DNA of 64,000 bases from Macrostomum lignano (taxonomy: Eukaryota): contig NIVC01000708.1 in NCBI GenBank assembly GCA_002269645.1, forward strand, positions 401,453 to 465,452, written 5' to 3'. This document shows, piece after piece, positions 12,415-24,733 of the stretch. The notes beneath the pieces are model-generated. The model saw only the letters and a program-made list of their open reading frames with translations, had not been told where the DNA came from and made no database searches. The translations under genes were made by a program, and so were the position numbers. Every line of letters begins with the position of its first letter. Position 1 is the stretch's first letter.

Positions 12415-15400
12415 ATGGCCGAAGTCGCGGTCGGCATTGACATTTCCTCCGGTGGCGAGGCTCGCAAGAAGAAGCGCTCATCAAGACGGGCCGAGGCTGG
12501 CGATGAGGCCGGCGAGAGGCGGCACCGGCGGAAGAAGTCCACCCAGCAGCCCGGCGACGCCGATGGAGGCGGCGATGGCGATGGTGAGCGGCGCAAGAAG
12601 AAGAAGAAAAACAGAGAGGACGAGACGCCCGAGGAAAAAGAAGAGCGAAGGCGTCGACGAAGGGAGAAGAAGCAGGCGAAGGCGGAGGCGGAGGCGGCTG
12701 CTGCCGCCACTGCTGCTGCGGCCGCGGCTGGCGTGGCGCCGACTGCAGACGAAAGCGATGAAGATGGGGAGGCCAATTTTCTACCTGCCGCTCGCCCACC
12801 GCCCCCGCCTGTGCCGCAGCAGCGGGCTCCGGCGGCTGCCTCCGACACTGCATCGGACGAGGATGCCAGAGGATTCGGCGAGGAGCCACCGAGGCGTCAG
12901 CAGCCGCCGCCGCCTGCACCGAAGCCGAAACCAAAGCCGAAGCCGGCAGCCAGGCCGCAAGTTCCGCCGCCGGCGTCCCCCTCGCCGCCGCCGCCCCCTC
13001 CGCCGCCGCCGCCGCAACCCCAGCAGCAGTTCTACCCGGCTGAGAGCGACGAGGACGATGTTGAAGCTCACGATGCCAGGGTGGCAACTCCGCCGCCGCC
13101 GACGCCTCCGCCGCCCCCGCCTACGTCGGACCCGCGAGCGCAGCAAGCCGACAGCGAGGCGGATGAGGACGACCAGGATGACGACCAGTTCCGACCGCCG
13201 CAGTGGAACCGGCCGAGCACTCCGACGCCCCCGACCACGCCTCCGCCACCGCCGACAACGACGAAACCGGCGCTGCCGAATCCGGCCAACCCAACCGACC
13301 TGCATCGCTATCTTGCCGCTACCCTGGATGACGAGGGCAGCGACGTCGGCGGGATGGAGCCGGAACCGCCAGCACGCCAGCAGCAGCCGCAGCACCAGCA
13401 GCAGCCACCATACCAGCAGCAACCATACCAGCAGCAGCCGCAGCAGCCACCGTACCAGCAGCAGCCGCCGTACCAGCAGCAGCCTCCAGTATCTCCCGAT
13501 GCTGAGTTCGATCGGCCCGACCGGCCGATATCGGCGTTTGGCGGCGGCGGCGTGCCCGGCGACCGCCAATCGGCTGCGCTGTCGTTATCGCGCGGCGAGG
13601 ATCCGAACATGGAGCAGCCGCCGATTCCGGAGGGCAAAAAGCCGGGTGGCGGCCTCCTGGGCCGACTGTTTGCCTCGTTTCGTCGGGGCGGCTCCACGAA
13701 GCGCAAAGGCTCCACCGCCTCAGCTAAGAAGGCTCCGGGCACGGCGATGGCATCACCGGGGGCTGGCGGAGCTCCTTCTACGTCGGCGGAATCGGCCGGT
13801 CTAGGCGAGCACGACAGGTGGAATTCGAACCCGGGACTATTCAACGCCAACGACACGCCGGGCAATACGTTTGACCAGAGACTGCAGCAGCCGCCTCAGC
13901 AGCCCGTGGCGCTCAGACAGCCAGTGCCAGGTGTGAGACCCCTGGCTGACACCGAGGTTCGTGTCATTCTGCTGGACGGCGAAGAAATTGGCGTGCCAAT
14001 ACCGCGCAAAGCTACTGGCAGCGAGCTGATGGCTCGCGTCTGTGAGCACATCGACCTACAGGAGATTGATTACTTTGGTCTAACCTACGTCGACGGAAAA
14101 GAACGCATGTGGTTCTGGTTGGACTGCGAGAAGCGAGTTCTGAAACAACTGAAGCACTGCGAGAATCGAATGCTCAATTTCCAGGTAAGTCATAACTGCT
14201 GATTTTTAATTTAACTATGTTTCTGTTTCTACTTATGTAAGTAGGCTACCGCGAACATGAGTTTAAAAATCTACCACGTAGAGTTGTGGTAGTGAGGCTC
14301 TCTACGTGCTCTCTAGTAAAAATTTCTTTAAATTCGGCTCTGGGTTTTGTCCGGAAAAGCGCATTTTCATTAAAAGACAACATTTGCCTCTTTCAACCTT
14401 AATATATGATACACTCACTTATTCAAAAGACATTTTTTACAAAAAAATAATGAAATTGTAGCAATTTTTCTTTTGCGTCTTCAATTTCTACACAGTCGTG
14501 CTTTAGTTTTTTGCTCATGTCTCTTGAATCCACTTGACATGCGTGTATTGGTAATCACTCGAAATTTTCCAGTAAAAATGCAGTTTAACTTGGCTTTAAA
14601 ATTGTTATTATACTTCAAATTTTCCCATGCGATTGCCAACTTGATTGTTCCTGTGTTGATTTGTTCGGTTTTTCCAGCTTGATAAAAAATACTTGCTGCT
14701 AAAAGTATTAAGAGTGCGAGAGTGGCACGTTGCTGCTGTAAAAGCTGAAGAATGTTGTGGTCGTGAGCCTTCGAGGCTCTTTAAACAGAAACCTTTAGTT
14801 AGACTGTCTCTCCTAGTCCTATTCCTACATCTTCGCTTGTACTCAACACCCACTAGGTGAAGTTCTACCCACCGGAGCCCAACATGCTAATGGCTGACGT
14901 GACACGCTATCAGCTGTGTCTACAGGTTAGACAGGACATCTACACAGGCAAGCTGCCCTGCACCTGGGTAACTCAAGCCCTGCTCGGCTCGTTCCAAGTT
15001 CAATCGGAGCTCGGTGACTTTGACCAAGCTGAGCACGGTGACATCGGCACACTTGACTATCTGCAGAACTTCGAATTCGTGCACAACCAGACTCCGGAGC
15101 TTGTGAATAAGATTGCCGAGCTGCACCGCGGGCACAAGGGCATCACGCCCGAGGTCGCCGACCTGCGCTACTTGGAGACTGCCCGCCGGCTGGAGTTCTA
15201 CGGAGTCGACCTACACCCGGCCCGGGATCTGGACGATGTTGACATCACCATCGGGGTGTGCTTCGGCGGCGTGCTGGTGTACAAAGATCGCATGCGAATT
15301 TCGCGCTTCGCTTGGCCAAAAATTTTGCGCATCTCCTACAGGAAGAACCTCTTCTACTTGAAGATCCGATCCGACCTGTATGAGAATGTCGAGGCTGTGG

Positions 15401-16702
15401 TCGGCTTCAAGATGATGAACCACCGGTGGGTTTTCCTTACAGCTTCCTAATTTAGATTCTCTATGGTTTCAAATGAGCATCAATAGCAGCCCTCGAGTTT
15501 TAGCTCTCACAGATCCTCGCATTCCGAATATCGAATCCCTAAATATCCATAAAAAGTCCTTAAAAGCCACAAGCTGAATCACAGATTTATCTCGCAGAGA
15601 GCCACAATGCCAAGCTCCAGTCACTATCAATCGATAAGCTTGTCAATTCGTGTCTCCCACCCCGCAGCTGGGCCAAGCGCCTATGGAAGATCGCCATCGA
15701 GAACCACTCGTTCTTCCGCCTAAAAGAGGTGCAGATGGAGAAGTCCAGCAGCAAGCTGTCGCTGAACTTTATCCGCGGTAGCAGCAGCCACCGCTTCTCG
15801 GGCCGCACAATGCACCAGTACCGCGCCGAGGGCGGCACCATGCGCCAGTCGGGGACCTTCGATCGGTCGCTCAGCAAGCGAATGTCGGCCAGCCTGCCCA
15901 GCCTGAAGGGCTCGCAGTACGGCTCCTTTCACAGCCTCAACCGGCTGCACCCAAGAGACATGCGACCGCAGGCTAGCGGTGGCGGCGGCGGCGGCGGCGG
16001 CCGCGCCAGCATGCAGGGACCGCCGAGAACAGCCGGCCGGACCGCCAGCGTCAGCGTGCTTCCAACGGCTGCATTTAGTCGCGACAGGCCGTCTGTGAGT
16101 TGCTTGAGAACTGCTAATTCACCTATTGGGGATCATCGACTCCCTGAGGGTTTTTATTCCATAGCTTAGGCTTTCATATTCATATTAATAGAGATTTTAT
16201 GCCCATGTGATTTTTATCCCTGTTGGGATTTATCCCTACTGGGATTTATCCCTACTGGGATTTATCCCTACTGGGATTTATCCCTACTGGGATTTATCCC
16301 TACTGGGATTTATCCCTACTGGGATTTATCCCTACTGGGATTTATCCCTACTGGGATTTATCCCTACTGGGATTTATCCCTACTGGGATTTATCCCTACT
16401 GGGATTTATCCCTACTGGGATTCACCCGGTTGGGATTCACCCGGTTGGGATTCACCCTGTTGGGATTTATCCCTATTGGGATTCACCCGGTTGGGATTCA
16501 CCCTATTGGGATTCATCCCTTAATGGAACTTATCCATTAATGTATACATTAACTTATACATACATTAGGTTGCCAGCTATCGAAGTATAGCTACAGAAAA
16601 ATGCACTTTTAAGAGATTTTAATTTATTACTAATTAACAAATCATTCTTGCCTGGCCTTGCAGACTCGCTCTTCATCTACAGCCAATGACGACATTCTGT
16701 GA
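12415..16702 (+). CDS. EPB41: Band 4.1/coracle-family FERM protein with long Pro/Gln/charged N-terminus; exons 12415-14184, 14857-15425, 15668-16094 and a tentative last exon 16664-16702
   Basis: FERM N-lobe (VILLDG...DYFGLTY), NFQ|VKFYPPEP junction, YGVDLHPA, FAWPKILRISY, R|WAKRLWKIAIENHSFFRL and FERM-adjacent RFSGRT...FDRSLSKR. GT-AG junctions keep frame. The true 5' start and the last exon are uncertain. Confidence 0.92.
16223..16520. repeat. 16-bp minisatellite CTGGGATTTATCCCTA
   Basis: About 12 perfect units, then degenerate units; each unit contains GGGAT-TT-ATCCC. Confidence 0.95.
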
Positions 16703-17010
16703 GCGCTGAACTTCATTGTTTCCTATAGTTTTCTTTAAGTAGGTACGCTGGAACTGGGAGGCCTGCTACGATTCAGCCCCGTTCACTGTGTAAAGCTGAG
16801 CAAATTTCGAACAAACTAACGATTCATTAAACTTGTGAGCCAATCGCCAATCATTTTTACACATTTTTCCCAGGTGCCCTTTTTTGCTTGCTCGTTTGCC
16901 AAACAGTTATTAATACTATGCAAATAATAGTTTTAGCCCCATTGTCAATACAAAGTATATCACAACCTTTGACTGAATCGATTGATGATCTAGCTGCCTC
17001 ACTTATAATA

Positions 17011-18225
17011 TTGCAGTGGAAAATTCCATTGATAAGTTGCAGTGGAAAATTCCATTGATAAGTTGCAGTGGAAAATTCCATTGATAAGTTGCAGTGGAAA
17101 ATTCCATTGATAAGTTGCAGTGGAAAATTCCATTGATAAGTTGCAGTGGAAAATTCCATTGATAAGTTGCAGTGGAAAATTCCATTGATAAGTTGCAGTG
17201 GAAAATTCCATTGATAAGTTGCAGTGGAAAATTCCATTGATAAGTTGCAGTGGAAAATTCCATTGATAAGTTGCAGTGGAAAATTCCATTGATAAGTTGC
17301 AGTGGAAAATTCCATTGATAAGTTGCAGTGGAAAATTCCATTGATAAGTTGCAGTGGAAAATTCCATTGATAAGTTGCAGTGGAAAATTCCATTGATAAG
17401 TTGCAGTGGAAAATTCCATTGATAAGTTGCAGTGGAAAATTCCATTGATAAGTTGCAGTGGAAAATTCCATTGATAAGTTGCAGTGGAAAATTCCATTGA
17501 TAAGTTGCAGTGGAAAATTCCATTGATAAGTTGCAGTGGAAAATTCCATTGATAAGTTGCAGTGGAAAATTCCATTGATAAGTTGCAGTGGAAAATTCCA
17601 TTGATAAGTTGCAGTGGAAAATTCCATTGATAAGTTGCAGTGGAAAATTCCATTGATAAGTTGCAGTGGAAAATTCCATTGATAAGTTGCAGTGGAAAAT
17701 TCCATTGATAAGTTGCAGTGGAAAATTCCATTGATAAGTTGCAGTGGAAAATTCCATTGATAAGTTGCAGTGGAAAATTCCATTGATAAGTTGCAGTGGA
17801 AAATTCCATTGATAAGTTGCAGTGGAAAATTCCATTGATAAGTTGCAGTGGAAAATTCCATTGATAAGTTGCAGTGGAAAATTCCATTGATAAGTTGCAG
17901 TGGAAAATTCCATTGATAAGTTGCAGTGGAAAATTCCATTGATAAGTTGCAGTGGAAAATTCCATTGATAAGTTGCAGTGGAAAATTCCATTGATAAGTT
18001 GCAGTGGAAAATTCCATTGATAAGTTGCAGTGGAAAATTCCATTGATAAGTTGCAGTGGAAAATTCCATTGATAAGTTGCAGTGGAAAATTCCATTGATA
18101 AGTTGCAGTGGAAAATTCCATTGATAAGTTGCAGTGGAAAATTCCATTGATAAGTTGCAGTGGAAAATTCCATTGATAAGTTGCAGTGGAAAATTCCATT
18201 GATAAGTTGCAGTGGAAAATTCCAT
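17011..18225. repeat. Perfect 26-bp tandem array TTGCAGTGGAAAATTCCATTGATAAG, 46.7 copies
   Basis: 17011-18180 is exactly 45 x 26 bp. No variant unit seen and no spacers. Confidence 0.98.
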
Positions 18226-18599
18226 CGGCGGCTAGATTAGCAATCGATTCTCATTTCGAAATTGCTGTTGCCTTAAAGTGGTTGCTACGCCCAATTTCCT
18301 AAAGTTTTTTAGCATGTTCGATCTGCTCAATCGTTTTGTTGCGTCCCACTTTTTCCTCTCAACCCAGCTGGCTGTTCAGAGGTTTTTGTCGTCAGAATAG
18401 TTTTGTTTTACTTACGAGCTCGTTTCAACGTGTTTTTTGTCCAAAGATACCATTTGAAAAGTGTCTTATAATAACCTTTTGTCTTCCACCAAACATTCCG
18501 GAATGGCCTCATTTTTTACTGTTACGAGCTACGTGTAGTTCTGTTTACTTCAGATGCTGTGTCGGTAAAGTTTGCTCATTGGCATCAAATCACAATTTG

Positions 18600-19190
18600 T
18601 GTGTGAGTGGGTGAGGGAGAGTGGGTGAGGGAGAGTGACTGAGGGAGAGTGAGAGAGGGAGAATGACTGAGGGAGAATGACTGAGGGAGAGTGACTGAGG
18701 GAGAGTGAGAGAGGGAGAATGACTGAGGGAGAATGACTGAGGGAGAGTGACTGAGGGAGAGTGAGAGAGGGAGAATGACTGAGGGAGAATGACTGAGGGA
18801 GAGTGACTGAGGGAGAGTGAGAGAGGGAGAATGACTGAGGGAGAGTGACTGAGGGAGAGTGACTGAGGGAGAGTGACTGAGGGAGAGTGAGAGAGGGAGA
18901 ATGACTGAGGGAGAATGACTGAGGGAGAGTGACTGAGGGAGAGTGAGAGAGGGAGAATGACTGAGGGAGAATGACTGAGGGAGAGTGACTGAGGGAGAGT
19001 GAGAGAGGGAGAATGACTGAGGGAGAATGACTGAGGGAGAGTGACTGAGGGAGAGTGAGAGAGGGAGAATGACTGAGGGAGAATGACTGAGGGAGAGTGA
19101 CTGAGGGAGATTGGATTGGGGAGAGTTGGTGAGGGAGAGTGGGTAGGAGAGGGTGGGTGAGGAAGAGTGACTGAGGGAGAGAGAAGGGAT
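18600..19190. repeat. 14-bp purine-rich minisatellite (GAGGGAGAGTGACT variants) with a 56-bp higher-order period
   Basis: Units GTGACT/GTGAGA/ATGACT/ATGACT recur in a roughly 4-unit cycle. Confidence 0.9.
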
Positions 19191-19940
19191 GCTACAGAAT
19201 CAATCATTTACAGACTTAACCAGCATCGCCCACATATCCTCGAATGTGTTTTCCCAGTTTTTATAAAACCTCTCGCTAATAACGCGCCCATATCTACGTG
19301 TGATGTACTTTTACCAAACGTGTGATAACTGATATAGGCTTATATACATATTTATTTATATTTTTACCTTTGATTTTAGTACACTAGCCAGCTATCTGCT
19401 GTGATGTCCCTGCATTCTCCTTTCATTTTGTTTGACAGTTTGACCACCAACTGAATCGAGCTGGACCTCTGCCCGCTGATGGAACCAAATTTCCATATTT
19501 CATATTTTTGCAGTTTTGATTGCTGTTCCTTCTGCTTCGCAACGTTTTTTCATTTAAATTTTCTCCATTAATAAATAAACATTCCTAATGCTACTGGCTA
19601 AGCTCTGTTTGCTGCTGTGATCACCTGTTTATCAACACCTGTGCTGCTGCTGCGTCGCGCACTCGAATTCCTGAGCCCCTCCTATACGCCTTACTCAACT
19701 GTAATCAATCCCATTTATTTGGCAGATCAACGAACGAACTGTCTGCAAATTTACACTAAACAGGTAGTTCAATCAGTAAATAAGCGAGTGAACTTTGCGG
19801 GAATAAAAAATGATTGTATTCAAATCGCCAAAACACTGCTGGCTGATGTTTGAGATTTAATCGCACTCCACTAACCGCAGGTGATGCTTTCTTGTTCATT
19901 GTTTTTTAACGCTTCCACAGCTTGCAAGACATGAAGCTGT

Positions 19941-20456
19941 CGAGATCAAAGGGACCGCCGTCATTCCTACCGCTTCCTCTCATCGAGATCAAAGGGACCG
20001 CCGTCATTCCTACCGCATCCTCTCATCGAGATCGAAGGGACCACCGTCATTCCTACCGCTTCCTCTCATCGAGATCGAAGGGACCACCGTCATTCCTACC
20101 GCTTCCTCTCATCGAGATCAAAGGGACCGCCGTCATTCCTACCGCTTCCTCTGATCCAGATCAAAGGGACCGCAGTCATTCCTACCGCTTCCTCTTATCC
20201 AGATCAAAGGGACCGCAGTCATTCCTACCGCTTCCTCTTATCCAGATCAAAGGGACCGCAGTCATTCCTACCGCTTCCTCTTATCCAGATCAAAGGGACC
20301 GCAGTCATTCCTACCGCTTCCTCTTATCCAGATCAAAGGGACCGCAGTCATTCCTACCGCTTCCTCTTATCCAGATCAAAGGGACCGCAGTCATTCCTAC
20401 CGCTTCCTCTTATCCAGATCAAATGGACCGCCGTCATTCCTACCGCTTCCTCTTAG
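19941..20456. repeat. 43-bp tandem repeat, about 12 copies
   Basis: Unit CGAGATCAAAGGGACCGCCGTCATTCCTACCGCTTCCTCTCAT; successive starts at 19941 and 19984. Confidence 0.95.
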
Positions 20457-21330
20457 AGATCAAAGGAAGCCTTCTCTCATACTCGTAGACATCAAAGAGT
20501 CCGCATTCCTAAAAATCTTCGCCAAAAGCAAGACAAAAACGGAATAATTTTTGCTTTGAAGCCATGATTCTTATATTTTTAATTAGAACTCAATAAATGC
20601 TGGTTTATAGCTGCAGCATACATGTCGCAGTGACAAAATTAGTACTTGAACCTAAAGCATAAGCCAGCTTTTGTCTGCGTTGTAAAGCCCAGACTGAAAA
20701 TTACGGTCTGCAACAACAATTGCGTATAAAATAAGTTCCCTGCGGCTCGAAAGAGCAACTCTTACCAGTACAGACACTATAAAACCATATGCAAACACTC
20801 GCGGTAAAAAACTTGTCGAACTCAATGCGAGGGGATAAAAGTGTGGCTGCTCACCTCCCGCAGAAGCCACGGGAGGCGGTGGCGCAGTAAAACTTTCTAG
20901 GAAATAAAACTCAAAACAAGACAATAGCGGACATTGATCACCATTGAATTATTAAAACAAAATAATTTTTGCTCTATACAGTGATGGTCACAAAGATGCG
21001 ACACAAGGCTAAAAATACCTGCTTGGACTTGTAATGAGAACAGGGAAATCTTTGATTACCTATTTCGGGTGTTGGTTTAGCACTGTACGTTGGATCCCCT
21101 GTTCTCGTTATTATTATTATTTTAAACAAAAACAATTCCACAAATTTGTGCAGTCTATTAAAATTTGTGCTTGGCTATAACAATGAATTTGTGCTGCACT
21201 CAGGCGAAGCTCACAGACAGCCAAATATCGCACCATTTAACTGAATTTCACTGTCAATTTGCTTTTTGCAAAAATTTGCTTTTCTGACAGTATCGGAAAT
21301 TCTATGTAAATTTAAACAAAACGATTCGTA

Positions 21331-21659
21331 TTACGGCATGCGCGACTGCATCATCGGCGTGCTGCTGTTGTTCTCGGCGATGAAGTCGGCGATGTAGCGA
21401 ACTCTTGGCTGATGCTGCTGCTGCTGCTGAGACTGCGAAGACTGGTGCGGCAGCGGCCACTCGCCGGAAGCCAGACACGCGGAATTCTGGTTGCTGAAAG
21501 GCGCTAAAAACGATGCAGCTGGCGCCAAATTGGAAGGACTCGCTGTGGGAAATTCCGGCGTTGGCGGACTGGCAAACATTCCTGGTTGCTGGTGCAGATA
21601 GCTGCTGCCGGGAGGCTGAGGATTCTGGAACGATGTCGAACCGTAGTAGGAAAAATACG

Positions 21660-21690
<31 letters not shown>

Positions 21691-22760
21691 ATGTTGATGT
21701 TGTTGCTGGTAGTGCTGCTGCAGTTGCATTGGACTTTTAGGACTCTGGAAGTACGATGGCCCTGAAGCTGCTGCGGCAGCGGCTGCGGCAGCGGCGGAAG
21801 CAGCGGAGCTGGCAATGAAATCGTGGGGCCCGTAGTCCACCTTGCGCACGCGGCGGTCCTTGGCCCGTCGGTTTTTAAACCAGATCTGGAGATTGCATGG
21901 TGATTGGTTTGATGATTGAACATTGCTTTCATGGAAATCCTTCTGATTCCTGATCACTCAAAACGTCTTTATTGAAGGTCTTGAATCTGACATCCCAATC
22001 AGACTCCATGGCAAGCACTGGATTCACAAGGTAGACATTGATCCTGATCACTTGCTGAGCTCAACTCTCTAATCTCCTCTGATCTCCCCTTTCATTACTC
22101 CCTCTCTCTGACCTCTCATATCTGACCTTAGCTTTGGTTTCCAACTAACCCTTGTTTGATTGAACCCTCTACCTCTTTTGCAAGCTAGCTACTCTTTTTC
22201 ACTTTTCCTTCTAATCAAATAAAATATCAGACTCAAACTCCCATCTCGCAGAATTTAAATTTACCGTCAATCCTGAGCTTTAAACATTTAAACTGATTGC
22301 TTCGATCGGCTTACCCTCTCTGAACATTCCCACTTTTCCGGCCTCTCCTTGTCTGATAACTTCTACTTTGTCGCAAAACCGCCATTCAACCCACATCTGT
22401 CTTGCCCCCGATTCCAATGCTAAGAGCAAGACGTAATAATTAAACTACAGTTCTATCAAGGTGGCACGAATAGTCACGTACCAACACCTTCCTGTAGGGA
22501 ATGCCAATCGTTCTGCTAAGCAACTCCAGTTCTCGATAATCGGGGTACTTTTGCAACTCAAACATGCGCTCAAGTTCACGCCTCTGTACAGCCGTGAGAT
22601 TGGCCCTTCGTCTCGGTAGCGTTGCCTTTGGCGTCTCTTGCAGTGCCAGTACAGGCGCAGACGCAGTGGCAGATGTTGATGCAATCGAACTAGAAGCTGG
22701 TGCAGCATCAGCATAGTGGAATGGACGGTTGAATTGCACAAAACTTGGAGTGCCTTCCAT
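21331..22760 (-). CDS. Divergent PRD-class K50 homeobox transcription factor; exons 22760-22482 and 21885-21331 (about 277 aa; an upstream exon is possible)
   Basis: Spliced homeodomain PRRRANLTAVQRRELERMFELQKYPDYRELELLSRTIGIPYRKVL|IWFKNRRAKDRR. Donor TTG|GTACGT, acceptor ctccag|ATC; phase-0 intron between homeodomain positions 46 and 47; Ala/Gln/Ser-rich C-terminus. Confidence 0.9.
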
Positions 22761-23114
22761 CACTGATTTTATCGGAAATAGAGTCTCTTTTCTGATTTGA
22801 TATTTGTATTTGTTGCAGCCAACTCAGTCCAAGGAGTCCATTTCTGCCTAGCCTCCAATGCAGTCAGTTCATTTTATATTACTGGACAAAACTATTGTCG
22901 ATCGCTATCGACCTCGCTATCGTTGCATCAGTCCATCAGCCAATCAGGGGAGCGGTTGGGGGGTAGAAAATATAATTGCTACGATTGCCCACCCCACCTC
23001 CGCGGCCACTGTATTATTCAGTACGCGTGTATAAGTACATTGCAAAATGGGGGGGTGGCAAATTAATAGGCTCGCGCAATACCACAAAATGTACATGCAC
23101 GATTGAGTTCAAAG

Positions 23115-23319
23115 GGCCTGTCAACTTAAGCTCATAAAGTGGAGCCCGAGTAACCTATGTACACAAATGCTACGTCATTCTGCTCACGGTGACACTAGGA
23201 AGCTGGGTTTGGCAAAAAAACGACGAATACGAGCATATTGGACTTGGGATAGCCGGATAGGGGAGGAGAAGCATGGGAATAATTATGGACTCGACTTTAT
23301 GAGCTTAAGTTGACAGGCC
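23115..23319. mobile_element. MITE-like element with about 30-bp terminal inverted repeats
   Basis: GGCCTGTCAACTTAAGCTCATAAAGT at 23115 and its exact reverse complement ending at 23319. No clear TSD. Confidence 0.7.
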
Positions 23320-23386
23320 TTTTAAAACTGAGCCTTCAAGTGTAACTCGATGGGTGGGTGATGCGTTTTCATTGTTGGGTGACAAT

Positions 23387-23541
23387 GCGCAACCAGAAAT
23401 TTTTTGAGGATGGGGGGGCGGATTCTGGAGGGTAAAGACCCAAGGGAAACGGAGGGGGTGGCTCTGTATTTTGGCTAAAATTTGCTTGGTCTCCGCCTAA
23501 GATGGGGGCGACCGCCCTCCCCCCTCCTGGTTGCGCCACTG
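23387..23541. mobile_element. Small hAT-like MITE (TIR CAGTGGCGCAACCAG; left end partly deleted)
   Basis: Right end CTGGTTGCGCCACTG is followed by GACAATAG. The left end reads GACAAT-GCGCAACCAG, consistent with an 8-bp TSD plus a 7-bp deletion. Confidence 0.5.
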
Positions 23542-24568
23542 GACAATAGCTACATCAATGAGTTGTGTGGTCTCTGAACTACTCGTAACTTTTCTTGTGC
23601 CCTTGATGAGCACCAGAAATTGGGGATTCAACTGCATTATTGGCTGGAGAACCGAACAAAGATTTCTTACAGTGGTGACCGACGTCAAGTCAGGTGGGGC
23701 ACCAAAGGCCAAAGCTGAGAGATTCTTGCCTCCTCCTAGCTTAACTGTAAAAGATTTGCACCATGGAGGTCCCACTCCGTAAGGTAAAAATCTCTAAAGA
23801 GATCTTATATTATCAGGTCTTGCAGGACAAAAATACGGGGGCTGGAATTTTTCGCTGGCCTTCTTGACATGGACGGATCGAGAAAATTTTTGCATGGCAT
23901 GCAAGAGGGGGGCCATGCCCCCCCCCTCGGGTCCGCCCCTGCTTCTTGATTTCTGATTGAATAGCTAATATACTCGTACATCGACTTTTAGCTTCTAGGT
24001 CAATTTGAAATCATTTTAATCATTGCATTCAAGCGAAATCATACGCGATATCGATGAGTTCTCGCAATTTCCATGTAGAATTTGTGGAACTATTACTATC
24101 CCAAATTCTAAATGCAAAATGGTTTGCTTTCCAATCCGATCTCGCAAATAACGTTACCTTTTGAGATTCAATACATTTCTTTCAATAGAGACGATAATGA
24201 TTCGATTCTTGATTTATTAGAGTGATTACAAGTAGCATATATGTAAGTAGCCGAAAGCGGGGTGGTTCAAAAAATAATGCTCGCTAATCTTGTCCACCAC
24301 CAAGAATTCAGCGAGTAGTAGTGAACTTTAGCTTGATAAAAGCCTTTTTAATAGACAAAATAAATTTGAAGAAGCAAATTCTTAAATGGTACTGATTTTT
24401 TAACTAATTTGTCAATATTGGTATCAACTAAATCTTTGTTGTGGGGCTAAGTTTGGCCCACCCCTCTTGTGTAGGTTGGCGTTACTTTAAGTCAGACTCT
24501 AGTATAAAACAGCCTCATTACTAGAGGGACAGAATTGAAAACTATTGCTATATCCGAGGAACAGTCTG

Positions 24569-24578
24569 GTCACGTGAC
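24569..24578. promoter_or_regulatory. Palindromic extended E-box GTCACGTGAC upstream of the MTA start codon
   Basis: Perfect 10-bp palindrome about 160 bp 5' of ATG 24734. Function not shown. Confidence 0.3.
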
Positions 24579-24733
24579 TTCGAGGAAGACCGGCCAAAGG
24601 AGTCTGAATTTTCTCAAAAAGACGATATATGAGAACTTCTGGTCATCAATTGGATAGTTGACTATTATATTTTACATTTTTTCTTGCATTTTTAGTAAAT
24701 ATCAGCAATAAAAAGAGTTAATTCATCATCAGG

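Noticed and set aside
12347-13865. Long antisense or alternative-frame ORFs over GC-rich exons (also 52-1326, 33778-34933 and within the retrotransposon)
   Set aside because: Shadow ORFs expected from high GC and codon bias; no recognisable domains.
17011-18225. CRISPR array, or the 400-aa repeat proteins in three minus-strand frames
   Set aside because: Units abut with no unique spacers, there are no cas genes and the context is eukaryotic. The ORFs arise because the 26-bp unit lacks stops on that strand.
19922-20488. Possible extra FERM exon after the acceptor-like TTCCACAG at 19920
   Set aside because: The ORF cycles through all frames of a 43-bp repeat and has no similarity to 4.1 domains; it cannot be supported without cDNA.
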